DNA from: Paraspadella gotoi
Taxonomy: Eukaryota > Animalia > Chaetognatha
Length of the DNA stretch: 64,000 nt
Direction of reading: 5' to 3'
Assembly (NCBI GenBank): GCA_051294375.1
Contig: CM119270.1
Span: 15,047,360-15,111,359 of the forward strand
In this document: positions 21,436-35,856 of the stretch, piece by piece
Position numbering within the stretch: position 1 is the stretch's first letter
How the letters are laid out: the number at the start of each line of letters is the position of its first letter
Notes under the pieces: generated by a model
The model's input: the letters and a program-made list of their open reading frames with translations, nothing else
Databases searched by the model: none
What the model was told of the DNA's origin: nothing
Made by a program: the position numbers and the translations under genes

Positions 21436-23808
21436 NNNNNNNNNNNNNNNNNNNNNNNNNGGTCGAGAGCTCTGAGACTTAACGCACCCGCTCTGCTTCT
21501 TGATGAATCTCTTTTCTCATTCAACTAAAGATCGCCATTTGTACGAGAGAGGGAGGGGGGTACAGAGGAATGACTGTGAGTGTCGTGGATGAGGAGAGCA
21601 GAGAGACGATGAGACGAGAGAGAAGATGATGAAGGGAGAAGGGATAGGAAGAAGAGAGAGATGAGAGGAGAGAGAAGAGAGAGAGACGAGAGAGAGGAGA
21701 AAGTCACTGGAACGGATAGCAAGGACGCAGAGGAAGACAGATAAGAGGATTAGATAGAAAAGGAGGAAAGAAAAGAAAAGGCAGGACCCTGGGAAAAGGA
21801 GATAGCTGAAACTTATATACAGTCCTTTCTTATATATATAAAGTCTTTAATGCCATCGATCCGTGTGTGCGTTCCGCTAACAAATGGCGAAGTTTTAGCA
21901 AAAAAAACCAACTTTTTCAATATTGTTCAGTTTGCTTACTTACAGCATATCTAATTTAATTTGTTACCAAATACAAAGTCTCGATTCTTCTCTCTTTGTC
22001 ACTGGACGGATTAGCAAGGACGCAGAGGAAGACAGATAAGAGGATTAGATAGACAAAAGAGGAAAGAAAAGAAAAGGCAGGACCCTGGAAAAGGAGATAG
22101 CTGAAACTTATATACAGTCTTTCTTATATATATAAAGCTCTTTAATGCCATCGATCCGTGTGTAGCTCGATTTTCGATTGGAAGGGAGCAAGATAAACGG
22201 AATAGATAATATAGGGATTATATAGATTTTATATTGTACCGATTTCAATGAGATTTTAGTAGAGCGATGTAATTCTTTTATGTCAAAATTGACTGTCGTG
22301 CGAAGGGCTCTTATCAGACAGGTACTACGTAGACTTATCTCGNNNNNNNNNNNNNNNNNNNNNNNNNNNNNNNNNNNNNNNNNNNNNNNNNNNNNNNNNN
22401 NNNNNNNNNNNNNNNNNNNNNNNNNNNNNNNNNNNNNNNNNNNNNNNNNNNNNNNNNNNNNNNNNNNNNNNNNNNNNNNNNNNNNNNNNNNNNNNNNNNN
22501 NNNNNNNNNNNNNNNNNNNNNNNNNNNNNNNNNNNNNNNNNNNNNNNNNNNNNNNNNNNNNNNNNNNNNNNNNNNNNNNNNNNNNNNNNNNNNNNNNNNN
22601 NNNNNNNNNNNNNNNNNNNNNNNNNNNNNNNNNNNNNNNNNNNNNNNNNNNNNNNNNNNNNNNNNNNNNNNNNNNNNNNNNNNNNNNNNNNNNNNNNNNN
22701 NNNNNNNNNNNNNNNNNNNNNNNNNNNNNNNNNNNNNNNNNNNNNNNNNNNNNNNNNNNNNNNNNNNNNNNNNNNNNNNNNNNNNNNNNNNNNNNNNNNN
22801 NNNNNNNNNNNNNNNNNNNNNNNNNNNNNNNNNNNNNNNNNNNNNNNNNNNNNNNNNNNNNNNNNNNNNNNNNNNNNNNNNNNNNNNNNNNNNNNNNNNN
22901 GGGAAGGGAGGGGAGAGAAGGGAGAACAATGGGAGAGGGGGGATAGGGGAAGCGGGGAAGGGGAAGAGGGAGGGGATTAAGAGAGAGTGGCTTTAGAAAA
23001 GAGGAGACAAACGGGCAGAAAAGGTTTTTGGGGTCTCTGTCGTGATCATTGGTAAAGCTTGATTGCTTGTCGTCATCAGTGTCTTTGGCGTGGTCGTTGT
23101 CGCTGACTCTTCGGGCGACAAAGAGAAAGCAATCTTGGCCACAACTCTCCTAAGTGGCCTTGGCCCTTGCCTTGCCCCTAACTTAGGGGCAAAGAGGACT
23201 AGGGCCAAAGTAGATCTCGCGAAAATCCCTCTCCTTTCATTTGGAAAAGGAAAGGGGAAGGGATGAGGAAGCAAAAGTGTAAAGAACAAGAACGAGATCA
23301 AAATATAAAGAAAAGAAAAAAGAATTCAATTCTCGACAAATCTCAACGACGAATGATTAAAAAAAACCCAACTCCAATTTATAAATAAACAAACGGAGAA
23401 AATAAAAAAAAGTCTCAACTAATTTTCTTCCACCGAATTTTGATCCTCGAAAATCGAGTTACAGCAAATTTAATCGAACAACAAACTTTGAGTTTGAGAG
23501 AGATTTCATTTTCTTTTTCTTTTTTTTTTCTTTTTCGATTTTATATTTTCTTTCTTTTTTCTGTTGTTGTTGTTTTGTGACGGGGGGAAGATTGAAAGGG
23601 GGTTTTCGTCGTCGTCATCGTCGTCGCGATAACAGAGGCAGTTATTAGTTTTTAACTTTTTATAGTTAAGATATATAATTATATATACGGATAAAAATTG
23701 TTTGTGTCTTTTTTGTCTTGAGGTTAAATAACCAAGTATTAAAATAGTAATTTACTATATTTTCTATGTTTCCCCCCTCCAAATTCCGTCGTCATATCGG
23801 CACACCCT

Positions 23809-23840
<32 letters not shown>

Positions 23841-25858
23841 GCCCCGGATTCTCGGCGACAATTTCCGCCGATCCGGTTTCCTCCGTCGAGAGATTTGATG
23901 TCCGGCGTTAAATCCGCCGCCCAAATCCGTGATGATTGCCTGACCCCATCGAATCCAGTGGGGGGGGGGGAGGTGGAGGCTACGGTGACGATCCCCGACG
24001 ATCCCGTAACGAGACGCGAGCAAGCTTTGCTTCCCTTCATCGTACAAGCGTATTTTTTCATAGAGAACAAAGAACATTATCAGTTGTCAAGGGTCGACTC
24101 GACCCGGAGGGAACGAAATATCCAGTCTGACCTCTGAGCGGTTAATTTCATTTTCTGTTGTACCATGTCAATGGCTATACCGCAATACCGCTATACCGCC
24201 TGTTTCGAACATTAAATACTTAATAGTGGTAATTCAGTTGGGTAAATTCTTACTAATTCTTCTCAAATAGTATTAATTTTTTTAAATTTATTTTTAAAAA
24301 CAACGGAAAGCCTTTGCTTATTAAGTAGTACGGTTATTAGGTTGTACGGTTCAGCTAAGCTATTCTTCATAGAACCATAAAGAATTTATAAAGTTACTTA
24401 CGAAGCTCTTTTTTTTAGTCAAAAGCGGTCATTGCTGTATCACTGATCGAGTCTTACAGTCAATGACGGCTTTTTCGACGCCATCCCGACCATTTTTCTC
24501 GCTCTTGTTTTCCTTTAATAGTTGCATTTTTTTTCTGGCGACACTGAGTCAAGCCACTGGCGCCTTTTCTTTTTTCTTTCCTTTTTTTTTTCTTTTTTCT
24601 TTTTTTTCTCTTTCTTTGTCTTTCTTTTTCCGGACAGTCTTTTGTCCAATATTCTCGATCAGATTTTTTTCAAAAATAATTCATTGCGACTCCAATTAAT
24701 CAAGGTGTGACGAATAAAATTAAAAATTAACTACTACCAAGCGAAAAAGATAATAAAACTAAAAAAGTAAAGAAACTCGAGAAAAACTCGGCAGAAAATG
24801 AACATCGCCCTAACGAGACTAAGAGTCCCTTACAAATCGCTTCTTGTTCTTATCTTTTCTCTCGATTGTTCTTTTCTTTTCTTCTTCTCTTTTCTTCTTC
24901 TCTTTTCTTCTTCTCTTTTCTGAGATATCTGGGTTTTCGGCGACTAATGGCCTCGTTTTGAGGCGACCTCGCGAAGGCTTTCGATATCTCGGGATCAACG
25001 GCCTCGCGATTTAGACGCGCCACGCACGCCACGCACGCCACGCACGCCACACACATCACTTACGCCACTCACGCTACTCACAAACCTTACATTCGCAACA
25101 ATCTTTTTTACACACCATTTGTTAATGCGCATGCGCGGTGGCTCTTTAAACCCAAGACGCTAATTCCTCCCACTCGCGTGCATTTTGTACCCGGGAACTT
25201 GCGTGTAAACTCGGTACATATCAGTCTCCCTCTTTCTCTGTCTCTCTCCCATTTTGTCTCTTTCTCTCCCTCCCACTCTTCTAGTCTCTTCCAAATTATC
25301 TTCTTCTCGCTCTCTCCTTCTTTCTCTCGTTCTGTCCTTCTCTGCCTTCTACTCGCCCTCTTTCTGTCCATCTTAACCTCCCTTTTTCTGTCCCTCTCAC
25401 TCATTTTCTTTCTCTTTCTTCCATTCATCTCTCTNNNNNNNNNNCTCTCTTTCCTTTCCTCCAAAACTAAAGCCCCCTTTTTTTAATACAAAAAGCCCAT
25501 TAATTAACAGGAATTATAAGTAATTCTCCTATTTTCAGAAATATTATTTTAATTTAATTCCCCCAACAATTCTCTCGTTATGTTTCAGAGGAAGTCATTC
25601 CGCGTTTTAAGGAGAGAATCGTTCAAATCGACGAATCACTTAATTTACGAGTCTCTCTAAAACTTTCTCGTCCTCCCTTCGTCATGAAACAGTAATTGGG
25701 CCTCGTTCTGGTATGAATGGCGGCTTGGAAGCGGCACGACTTTTATATGCAAATGAGAGTTGGGTCGCGGGCTTTTCTTCTCTCTCTCTCTTTCTGCGTC
25801 TTCGCTCTCCTCTTTCCTTCTCTCTCTACTCTCCTCTCTCTCTCTCCTCTCCTCTCTC

Positions 25859-25935
<77 letters not shown>

Positions 25936-27801
25936 ACCGAACGGGCCTTTGTCTCGATCCCTGGTCCCCGTCTTCGCCTGGTCTGGTTTTTTAATTTTTT
26001 TTTTTCCCTTCATTTTCTCATTCACCACTTGAATCGCGACTCATCCAGGCCGCTTGCGCCTGGCCGCCTGGCCGCCTGTCCGCCTGGGCGCCATCCCAGG
26101 TCTGAAAACACGGCGGAATATTAAAAGATATTTTTGCCGGTCGGAGAATGAGAGAAACAAAAGATCAAGCGACGTAGAGAAAAGCAAAAAAAAAATATTT
26201 CGCCGGTAAAATTCTTTACCAAAAGTAAAACTCCCAAAAAGTTAATTGGGCGATAAATCGTTAAGAATTATTCCTATTTTCTTCCAAATCGTAAAATTGT
26301 TTATTCTTTCTTCCTACTCATCTTTGACAGTTTTTTCTTAATTAGTCGCTATATTCTTTTATTTCTTTCTTCTCTCCATATTTTTATATTTTCCTCATCC
26401 TAATCTTGTTCTCCACTCGTCTTTTTTTTTCTTCTTCTTTTTCAACCGATCTGCTTCTCTCGTCAGTTCTTTTCTCTTTTTCAAATGGAAAATGATTCAA
26501 ACTAAAAAAGAAAAAAAAAGAAAGAAAAAAAAAAGAAAGAAATGGGTGCGAGAAAGAAAGAAAAATCTGATGTAATTTCGTTGGAAAAATCTTGCGAAGA
26601 TCAGCGAGAAAAAAGGCGGAGTTTCGGACTTAAATGGATTCACCGATTTTTTCTCCTTTTTTGTCATCGAATATTTTATCACTGAATCATTTTTTTTATC
26701 ACCAAGTCTTTTTTTTTGTCACTGAGTTTCCTTTTTTTACCGCGGAGTCTCGGACAGATTACAACACACTGGAGAGTATTTTAAGCGTTGGTCGAAAAAA
26801 GAAAGTCATAAAAGTTTAACGTTCTCGTTTCATTTGGCAAGATGTAAAAAAAATTAATATTTTAAGACCAAATAATATGCAAAAAAATCAACCAGAGAAT
26901 TAATTTGACTCAAATTGGATAAATAAGTAAATAAACTACTAACTTGTAAAAAATTATATCTAATATTGTGACCAAAAATTTTGTCGGTTAAAATTTTTTT
27001 TTAAGTTTGTGGGAAAGCCTGAGAAAGCAAAGTGTTATGAGTGGGAATGAGTGGAATGGGTGGGATGAGGCCTGGAAATAATGTTAGGAGAAAAGGCGGA
27101 CAATAGAAATGTGACAAAAGCGTGGCGTGTGATTTCAGTTAATCTTTTAAGAAAAAAATAAAACATAAGGAAAAAAATTAGGAAGAATAAGTTGGATGAG
27201 CTCCGATAAAAGACTGTATAACTGGCTTTCAAGTCTGATGCCATCAGTGATAGTTAATACTGTTGTGCCTTGGTTTTTGTCGATGCATTGGTTTCCACAG
27301 TTGAGTGGGTAGGAGGTCGCGTGGTGCAGGCAGATCGTGGGCGTTGGCTCTAGGCTTTTTTTTCGAAGGCGTTGTGTAAGTAAAGCGAAAGAAAGAAAAA
27401 AACAGAAATGAGTTTGAAAATAGACGAAATAAAGTCGCTGGTTTTTTATGAGCTTTTTATGGTGTTGAGGGGGAGGCTGTGGGGGGGCGTTGGAGCTGTC
27501 GCGATTCGTCTTAGAAAGCCGCGGCTGGCGAAATTGGTAGGAAATAATATGCGTCACTCTCCCCCTCTTTTTTTTTGTTGTTTCGTCCAAGCATTTGCAA
27601 GCTTTTTTTTTGTGGTGGCGCCAGCGACTTGTCGATAAATTTGTTATCAAGTTTTTATCACGGGGAGAATTATATTTGGCGTCTACCGAACTTATGCACT
27701 ACTATTATTTCTATGTCATGACTAGACGGAAATTCTCATCTATCTTTGTTTTCCAGTCACTTTCTCTCTTTTTTTCTAATTCTCTCTATGTCTCTCCTTC
27801 T

Positions 27802-27878
<77 letters not shown>

Positions 27879-28063
27879 TCTCCCTCTCCCTCTCCCTCCA
27901 TCTCAAGTCTCAACGATTGTTTGCTCTCTCCCTCTGCTTCCGACGGAGAAGTTTTATTCAAAATCTTCGATGACATTTTTTCGCTTTTAAAGATTCAATG
28001 GGGAACGTGACTTTGGTTGGATTCGCGGACGACATCCGGCTGAGAAGAGAGAGAGGGAGAGAG

Positions 28064-28141
<78 letters not shown>

Positions 28142-28233
28142 GATTCGCCTCTGATTTCGGAAAAGAACGACCCTTGACATTTGACCTCCCGCAGAAGATC
28201 TTGCCACTTTAAACGTAACCTCAGAGCTGTACG

Positions 28234-28315
<82 letters not shown>

Positions 28316-28735
28316 TTATTCTTTTTTTATGTCTTTTTATTTCACTCCAGCCAGTTTTCCTTCTTCTCAAACTCTTTTTTTTCACTTCACTTTATTCTAT
28401 CTTTTTCACCCCCACTCTGTTTTCTTTTTTAATTTTCACTCCTGTCCGATTGAATTCATTTAAATAGCTTTACTTTTCTCTTTCCATCGCCCCGACCTCC
28501 AACCGCCCCTTCGCATCCTCCACCCCCCATTCCATTCTCTTCCCGCCCTTTCGGTCCCCATCGCCTCCATTGACCCTCTAATGGCCCCGAATGGAACGTC
28601 TTTTGCTCCGCCTCTGGAATTTTCTTCGTTTCACACGAAAATCCCACGATAAAAGGATCTTTTTTTATTATTATAGATCGCGGTGTAATACATGGGATTT
28701 CGAATGAACATTTTATCTTTTTTTTTTTCGTTTAA

Positions 28736-29606
28736 GGGGACCCAGTGATAAAAATGATATCCATAGCTTAAGGGTCTATCATCAAAGGAATTGAATGTTG
28801 ATAGTCATTAATTTTTCTTTTGCACGGAAAGTGGCAAAAAAAATTTCCTATCTCTTATTGTAGCGGAAACAAAAATTTAATAATTATGAAAAAAACATTT
28901 AGTTGACCCCTACCTAAATATTTATATAATCCATTATTTTATTTTGCATTAAAAAGTATTTTTACTAAATTCAAATTTTTTATTTTACTATACAAAGCTA
29001 CAATTTAGGTTTAAGCCTCATTGAACAAAGGCTTTACAAGACTAATATTTTTATATTTTATAATACTTAAAGCAGAGAAATCAAACCTAAATTCTATTTC
29101 TTACAGAAACAAAACTGTAATAATATTTAATTAATATTCATATTCATCCCTTAAATGTATTATTAAACTATATTATTCCTATTTATAACAATTAAAAATT
29201 TTGCAAAAGTAAAAATACTTTCTCTTCTTTTTATATTTATATTACTTTAAAGAGTTTTATTTTCATCCAATTTACAGAATCATTTGAAAAGAAAATTTAA
29301 ATAAAATCAGTCGATACCTTAAATTTTGATTCATTCCTAGTTTTTTTTCTTATAAATTTTTATGATAAAAGCTGAAAATCTTTTTAAAATTAGATCTTAC
29401 TCTTTTTTGGAAAAAAAAATTTTAAATTTGAAAAAGATTTTCTCTTACCGATTTTTTAAAGAAAATTAAGCTGGCTGATTTTATCGAATTTTTTAACTAC
29501 TTTCCAAATGATTATAGAAGAAAAAATTATATGGTCAGAACCAGCTTAAGTTAAAGGGTCAAACGTTATTTTTCAGCTTTTTACCCCCCCTGTTCACTTG
29601 GTCCCC
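28736..29606. mobile_element. Non-autonomous TIR DNA transposon (MITE) flanked by TTAA, Kolobok-like termini
   Basis: ttaa|GGGGACCCAGTGA ... TCACTTGGTCCCC|ttaa: 13-bp TIR with 1 mismatch, TTAA on both sides, AT-rich interior with no ORF in the track. Confidence 0.8.
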
Positions 29607-30027
29607 TTAAAACCTGAAACACAATTCTCTTCAACTCGCGGATCAAGGAATCTGTGGGGTCCCATTGTCCTCTGCGTAACCCTCACTTGTCTTTTGCCCA
29701 TTACCCCTCTCACTATTTACCCCCAACCCCTCTCGGTACTTACCTTTCCCCCTTAACTCCCCCCCGCCACCTCCATCGAGACTTTTGTCAATCTGGCGCC
29801 AAACTCGACCTCCAATAAAGAAAGTGACTTCGGCGGCGGAAAAGCGGAGTCAGGAAAAAAAAAATTGAAGGAGGGGGAGAAGTGAGGGTGAGGGAGTGAG
29901 GGTAAGTTAATGTGAATGGAGACTGGAGAGTGAGTTGGCGCGAGCGAACTCGTTTCGAGTAAGTCGAGTCTGGCGAGCGCGACAAAGGAACGATTAAGTT
30001 GGTGAGGGAAACGGAGAGAATATGGCG

Positions 30028-30125
<98 letters not shown>

Positions 30126-31261
30126 GTACGAAATGCTTTTAAAAGAATTTTGTGAAGAAAAAGGTTATAGTAAAATGTACTTGTACTTACATTTTTAATA
30201 TGATTTGCATATTGCAATATCTTTAGTCTCTGTAATTACTGATTAGCTTGAAAAACATTCGTTAAAGATTTCAGTATCTGACGGTATTTTTTAAAATATT
30301 GATCAATTGTGGGTTTATTTCTCGGATTAGCCCTTGAAAAGGATATGGTTATTAATAATTTAATATGGTTTTTGATATGTTTGTCTCCCTAGCTCAAGTC
30401 ATGTAAAAAATAAAATCTGAAGACTTTGTAATAATTTTCCTTTCTTTTCGTTGCGTTTGTTAATTTTTAGGAAGAACAGTTTTTGTATTTCGAACGATTT
30501 TGATTTACATTTCATACTCATAGGGATATGTTTCGACTCTTTGATTTTAGAGTCTTCATCAACGCTGAATACAAAAACTGTTTTTCCTAAAAATCTGAAG
30601 ACTAAAATTGAATTTGTTTAAGTCATTAGTGACGCAATTGTCGATATCGTCATATGTACTCATTCCTCAAAATTGTCATCGTCATCGTCATCGTCATCGT
30701 CGTCGTCATCGGAGCAATTGTCGTTGTCATCCAAATTCTGATCTTCGTCGAAGGCGTTATCGCCCTCATAGTCGTCGTCGTCGTCGTCGTCATCCTCATC
30801 GACATCATCATCATCATCGTCGTCGCCGTCGACCGTGGCGTTGCTTAAAAATTCCTTGAAAAACTTTTCATTGGGTTTTATTTTGACTAATGACTTCGGG
30901 TTTTCAATGGGAGAGAAAAGCGCTGAGGGGAAAAGTTCAAAAGTAAAGGAAAAAAAGGAAAAGGAAGGAAGGAAGAGCGAGGATTCGGTGGAGAAAACAA
31001 AGGAAAAGAAAAAAGGACGGGAGTAAAGGGCATATAGAGAAAGACTTGAATAGAATATAATATTTTAAAACTAGGAATACGAAAAGCAAAGGAATTGGAT
31101 GAGGACAAAAGAAGAACTAAAGAAAAAAAAAGTAAGGATTAAAATGAATGATGCAGAAACAAAGCTGACAAACAGAGGAATAAAAAATTAGGGGGGAAAA
31201 TAAAAAATGAAAATAATATGGAAAAGTTTAGGAAACGAGAGAAATAGGAAACTAAGAGGTG

Positions 31262-31262
<1 letters not shown>

Positions 31263-31340
<78 letters not shown>

Positions 31341-31341
31341 A
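31263..31341. repeat. (GAAA)n microsatellite
   Basis: Perfect GAAA run; similar tracts at 40730-41080 and 59060-59170. Confidence 0.9.
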
Positions 31342-31761
31342 AAAAGAGAAGAAAATATTACAGAAAGAAATATAAAAACTAAGAAAAAAAATATAGAAAG
31401 AAAGTAAAAACAGTTCACCAGTGTAACACCGGATTTCAAGTTTGAAAAACATCAACTTTGAATGTTTAATTCTTTCTCTTTTTATCCCCGTCAGTTTTTC
31501 AGTTTTGCCCAAACAGACGTTTTCACGAATTTTAATTTCTGCGACGACAAAAAGAGAAAAAAAAAGAGAAAAAAAAAAAGAGAAAAACGAAAAAAATCTT
31601 TGTTTTTCAATTTTCAAAAATAAATCTAAAAAAACCACTTTTTTAAAAAGACCGTAAATTCTAGATGATATTTTTTTATTTCTTTTTCGCGAAAAAAAAT
31701 CGTTGGTGCGGCATCGACAAAAAATTGGAATCCGTCTCACTTCACTGAAATTGTTAAGAAA

Positions 31762-31879
<118 letters not shown>

Positions 31880-32689
31880 ATCTTTTGTCAGTGGTTAACG
31901 CTCCGTGGAGAGAGCAGGGAGGCGGACGATATTCACCTCAACCAATCACGCCTCACCCGCTAACTTACCCAGAATGCCCCTAACCCATTTTTCATTAACA
32001 ATCATTCAATATCATATCTACCATTTACTTATCTTTATTTTTTTCATAACCAATCATTCCAGTCATTTCTTTTCTAATTTTATTTCATTTTTTCTTGTCT
32101 TATCGTACAACATATATCATACAACGTTTTAACCCAAGTTATAACTTACCCAAGTTCCATTTTCCCAATTTTTCTCGACCAATCTACCTTCAAACTAACT
32201 CTCCTTTACGAATTCTCCCCTTTTCCTCGACCGATCAGCCAATCTTCCCACCTCTCCAGTCGCCCTTTGCCCCTTTTTCCACCCAAAAAAACAGCGAATT
32301 AGAGCGAAATAAAGCGAATTGGGATGAAATAAAGCGAATCCGCGGGAATGAAAACGAACAAAAGAAGAAAGACACAGACAGACAGAGAGCGAGAGGCACA
32401 GAGACAGAGCGCTAGAGAGAGAGAGAGAGAGAATGAATAAAAGATAATCCCCCAGAGAAGAGAAGGGCCCTTAATTTGGAGGAAAAAAGGAAAGAAATGT
32501 CCCATAACTGGAAGCAATAATATTGGGTCTTTTTGTTGGGTCCCGAGACACGAAAATTGTGGGGGGGGGGGTTCGGCCGAGATGTTGGGGAAGTCCTGAG
32601 CCAAACGAGTCATGAAGTAAGAAATTCGAATTCAGGTCGAGAAAGATGGTATGGAAAAAAAAAGTTATAACGAATTCAATTGGCCAGAT

Positions 32690-32960
32690 ATAAGAAAATG
32701 GTGCAATTAATTTAAAAATTATCCTTTCATTTAATAAATAAGCAATCTTGCCCCTGACTTTGGACAGGCTTTGGTGGTTTAAGGCCTCCATCACTCTTAC
32801 AAGATAATGACATAGCAGGTCCCTGCAAGCTTTCAATCAAGACTCTCTCACAGTCTCGTTTATTCACTCCTTGTACCTGGCTTCCCTATCAATGAAGTGG
32901 AAAATATTTCGAAGAATGTTTCAATTGTATAAAAGTATAAAAGTAACACTCCCATAAGTA
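32690..32960 (-). mobile_element. Dispersed ~250-bp repeat family copy
   Basis: ctgactttggacaggctttggtggtttaaggcctccatcac... is shared with 33775-34007 and inverted relative to 13318-13558. Confidence 0.8.
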
Positions 32961-33079
32961 TTATATCGGGGAATAGTATATTGTACTCCTTACTATCATC
33001 GAAATATACATATAAGAGCATTGTCAAAAGTCTGACATGAACCCATCATCCTGTCGTCAAAAGCCATAAGCGCTCTAAG

Positions 33080-33198
33080 TCCGGGTCCCTGCCGCGACCC
33101 CTTGGCCCCGTACGTCACGACGGGTCCGGGTCCCCGCCGGGTCCGGGTCCGGGTCCGGGTCCGGGTCCCCGCCGCGACCCCTTTGCCCCGTCACGACG
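33080..33198. repeat. GC-rich local duplication with (GGGTCC)n
   Basis: gccgcgacccctt.gccccg...tcacgacg occurs twice around GGGTCC repeats. Confidence 0.8.
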
Positions 33199-33774
33199 CA
33201 ATGACGAGTCGCTGATGTTCCTCTCCTGCTCGTAATTTAGGACTGACATCGAGAGTCGACGGCGAAGACGTAATTCGTTTGTCGTCGTCGTTGTTGTTAT
33301 TGGTTATTGTTGTTGTTCTCGTTGCAGAGGCCAAGACGAAGAAAATTTTTTTTTTCGTTTTTATGAAACCTGAAAGAAACAAAGTTGGACGGAGGACATT
33401 GCACCGTTTGCGAGGTCCAATGGGCCTTGTTTTGGACGCCAAACAGATCGTCGTCGTCGTCGTCGTCGTCGTCGTTATCTCTTCCAACACGCGATGAGCT
33501 AACATAAAAAAATTTCGTCGCAGAAAAATGGGGGAAAAAGTTGCGAAGAGCTTCGTTGGGTTGCAACTTGCAATCGAACGGAACCAAAAACAAATATTAT
33601 TTGTCGCTCAAAATCGCGGATGTGATTTCTTTAAAAAAAAACACTGACAATCCAAGGAAAAAGCTGATGTGACTAATAGCGCTGACAGCTAAAAAATAAT
33701 GTCAAAGACGTTAAATTGAGACGAAAGACAAAAAAAAAAAAATAAAATACCGACTTCATGGTCTTTTTTTAAGA

Positions 33775-34007
33775 TATGAAATTGGTACAACCAATATAAA
33801 AATTATCCATCCATTTAATAAATAAGCTATCTTGTCCCTGACTTTGGACAGGCTTTGGTGGTTTAAGGCCTCCATCACACTCTGCAAGCTTTTAATCAAG
33901 CCTCTCTCACAGACTTGTTTATTCACTCCCAGTGAAACTGGCTTCCCTATCAATGAAGTGGTATAATATTTCAAAGAATGTTTCAATTATATGAAAAGAC
34001 CACTCCC
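33775..34007 (-). mobile_element. Dispersed ~250-bp repeat family copy
   Basis: Same core; ends GACCACTCCC|ttaa. Confidence 0.8.
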
Positions 34008-34600
34008 TTAATGTTTTTTTTTCGTATTTACTTTCATAAAAAAATAAATATTTAAGTTATAAACAAAATATCATACAAAAGTGGCAATGGCAACAATAAC
34101 TATGAATGAAAATACAAACAGAAAAAACAACGAAAACGACGACGATGACGACGACGACGACGACCAAAACAAAAGCGGACGGGAAAATTGGAAGACATGA
34201 ATATTTCACGCTTCATTTCTGCCAAAAGCGTTTAATCTCTCGTTTGATCCACAACGAATATATAATAATAATAAAAAAAGAATCAATGAATAAGCAATAT
34301 AGGATAAAATGTGAACCGTTTTCGTATTGACGTTTTTATGAACGTTCATTTACATCGACTATTTAAATTTAAACGCGCGAGAAAACAACTTTGATTAATT
34401 TTTTTTTGTCTTTAACTTTGAGCGGAGTTAAAATAGTCTGCTATTTTTCTCCCATCGGATTTTTTCGTCTTCGTCGTCCTCATCGTCACAGCCGTCAGTG
34501 TCACGGTCAGTGTCACGGTCATTGTGATCATCGTTATCGATAAAGTTGTCATTTTATACTCAATTTACTCATCCTGTTCGTCGTCGTCCTCTTCCCGCTT

Positions 34601-34637
<37 letters not shown>

Positions 34638-35653
34638 TAATTCTTGGCCGTTTTACGACATTTAAAGTCGAGAGCCTTTTAACCCCGAGCGCCGACCGCA
34701 AACGGCCAAACCATCTACCAAACATCTTTTCTCATCATTTTTCAAAACGAGAAGCGAATTTGCGATTGCAAATACATTGCGATCATCGCCGCCATTTTTG
34801 CGAATATGCGAATGCTTCGAATATGTGCCGTCCGTTCGCTCCGGGACGCGATTGCTAATTTTTTAGGGATTTTCCGACCCGTTTAAATAATAATCCGTAA
34901 ATATCCGTACAATCCGTGCTATCATTATCATTATTATCCGTTATTATTATTTTACTAATTGTCCGTCTAATTAATAAATAGTCCTTTTTTTTTAATTTTC
35001 GGTTCCAATTCGAATCCAAATCGAACGATCGCGTGTTTGGGTCTTCCAATCAATTAGTCAACCAGCCAATCAGTCCGCCAATCAAACGCGACCCAAGGTT
35101 GGGTCCGTGTCCTTTTGTCCTCCCTGGTCTTGAGTCGTTCGATCTTTGTCCCCCGCAGTCGGCAATCTTGGTAGAAAGACCCAAGGGCGACTCCAGCGGA
35201 GGGATTACATCTCTTACATCTAGATGGCGACGGCGAATACGACGACGAGAAAGACGATGACAAATACGACGTAGAACACGACGACGACAAAGACGATGAC
35301 AAATACGACGACGACAAAGACGACGACGATTACGACGACGACAAAGACGTCGGTGGCAATGCTAAACATTGCAACGTCTCCATGAGAATAGAAATGAGAT
35401 CTACAACAACAACGACGAATATGAAGCTTAAAGTGAAGTCGTTGATTTGTCCGTGGTGAATGAAGCCGGTGGATCATTTCAGGGGTAAGGCGAATTTGCG
35501 GTGAGTTCGTTTAGGGGATGAGTTGGTGACGATCAATGTAGAATTCTTCCACCAAAAATAATGGGATAGGGTCTCCCCTTGGGAATCAGCCGAGCAGCAC
35601 TCTGTCACTCACTCTCTCTTCTCTCTATCTTTTTCTTTTCTCTCTCTCTCTCT

Positions 35654-35714
<61 letters not shown>

Positions 35715-35856
35715 TCTCTCTCTCCGCGCGATTCAAATTCTCGCAAATTGATTTGCATTTAAACGGATTTCAACTTTGATCTCTCTCCATTATATCCATC
35801 GCGTCAATGAATCCAAACCGGGAGCCTTTAACGATTTTCTCGGGTGGCCTTCAACG

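Noticed and set aside
27310-27355. tRNA/SINE-like A-box (ggtcgcgtggtgcagg)
   Set aside because: No B-box or cloverleaf follows.
35220-35460. Asp-rich DDDK/Y (FLAG-like) reading frame; similar tracts at 9735-10090 and 61430-61500
   Set aside because: Derived from degenerate (GAC)n repeats; an in-frame stop lies just upstream and there is no start codon or convincing splice sites.
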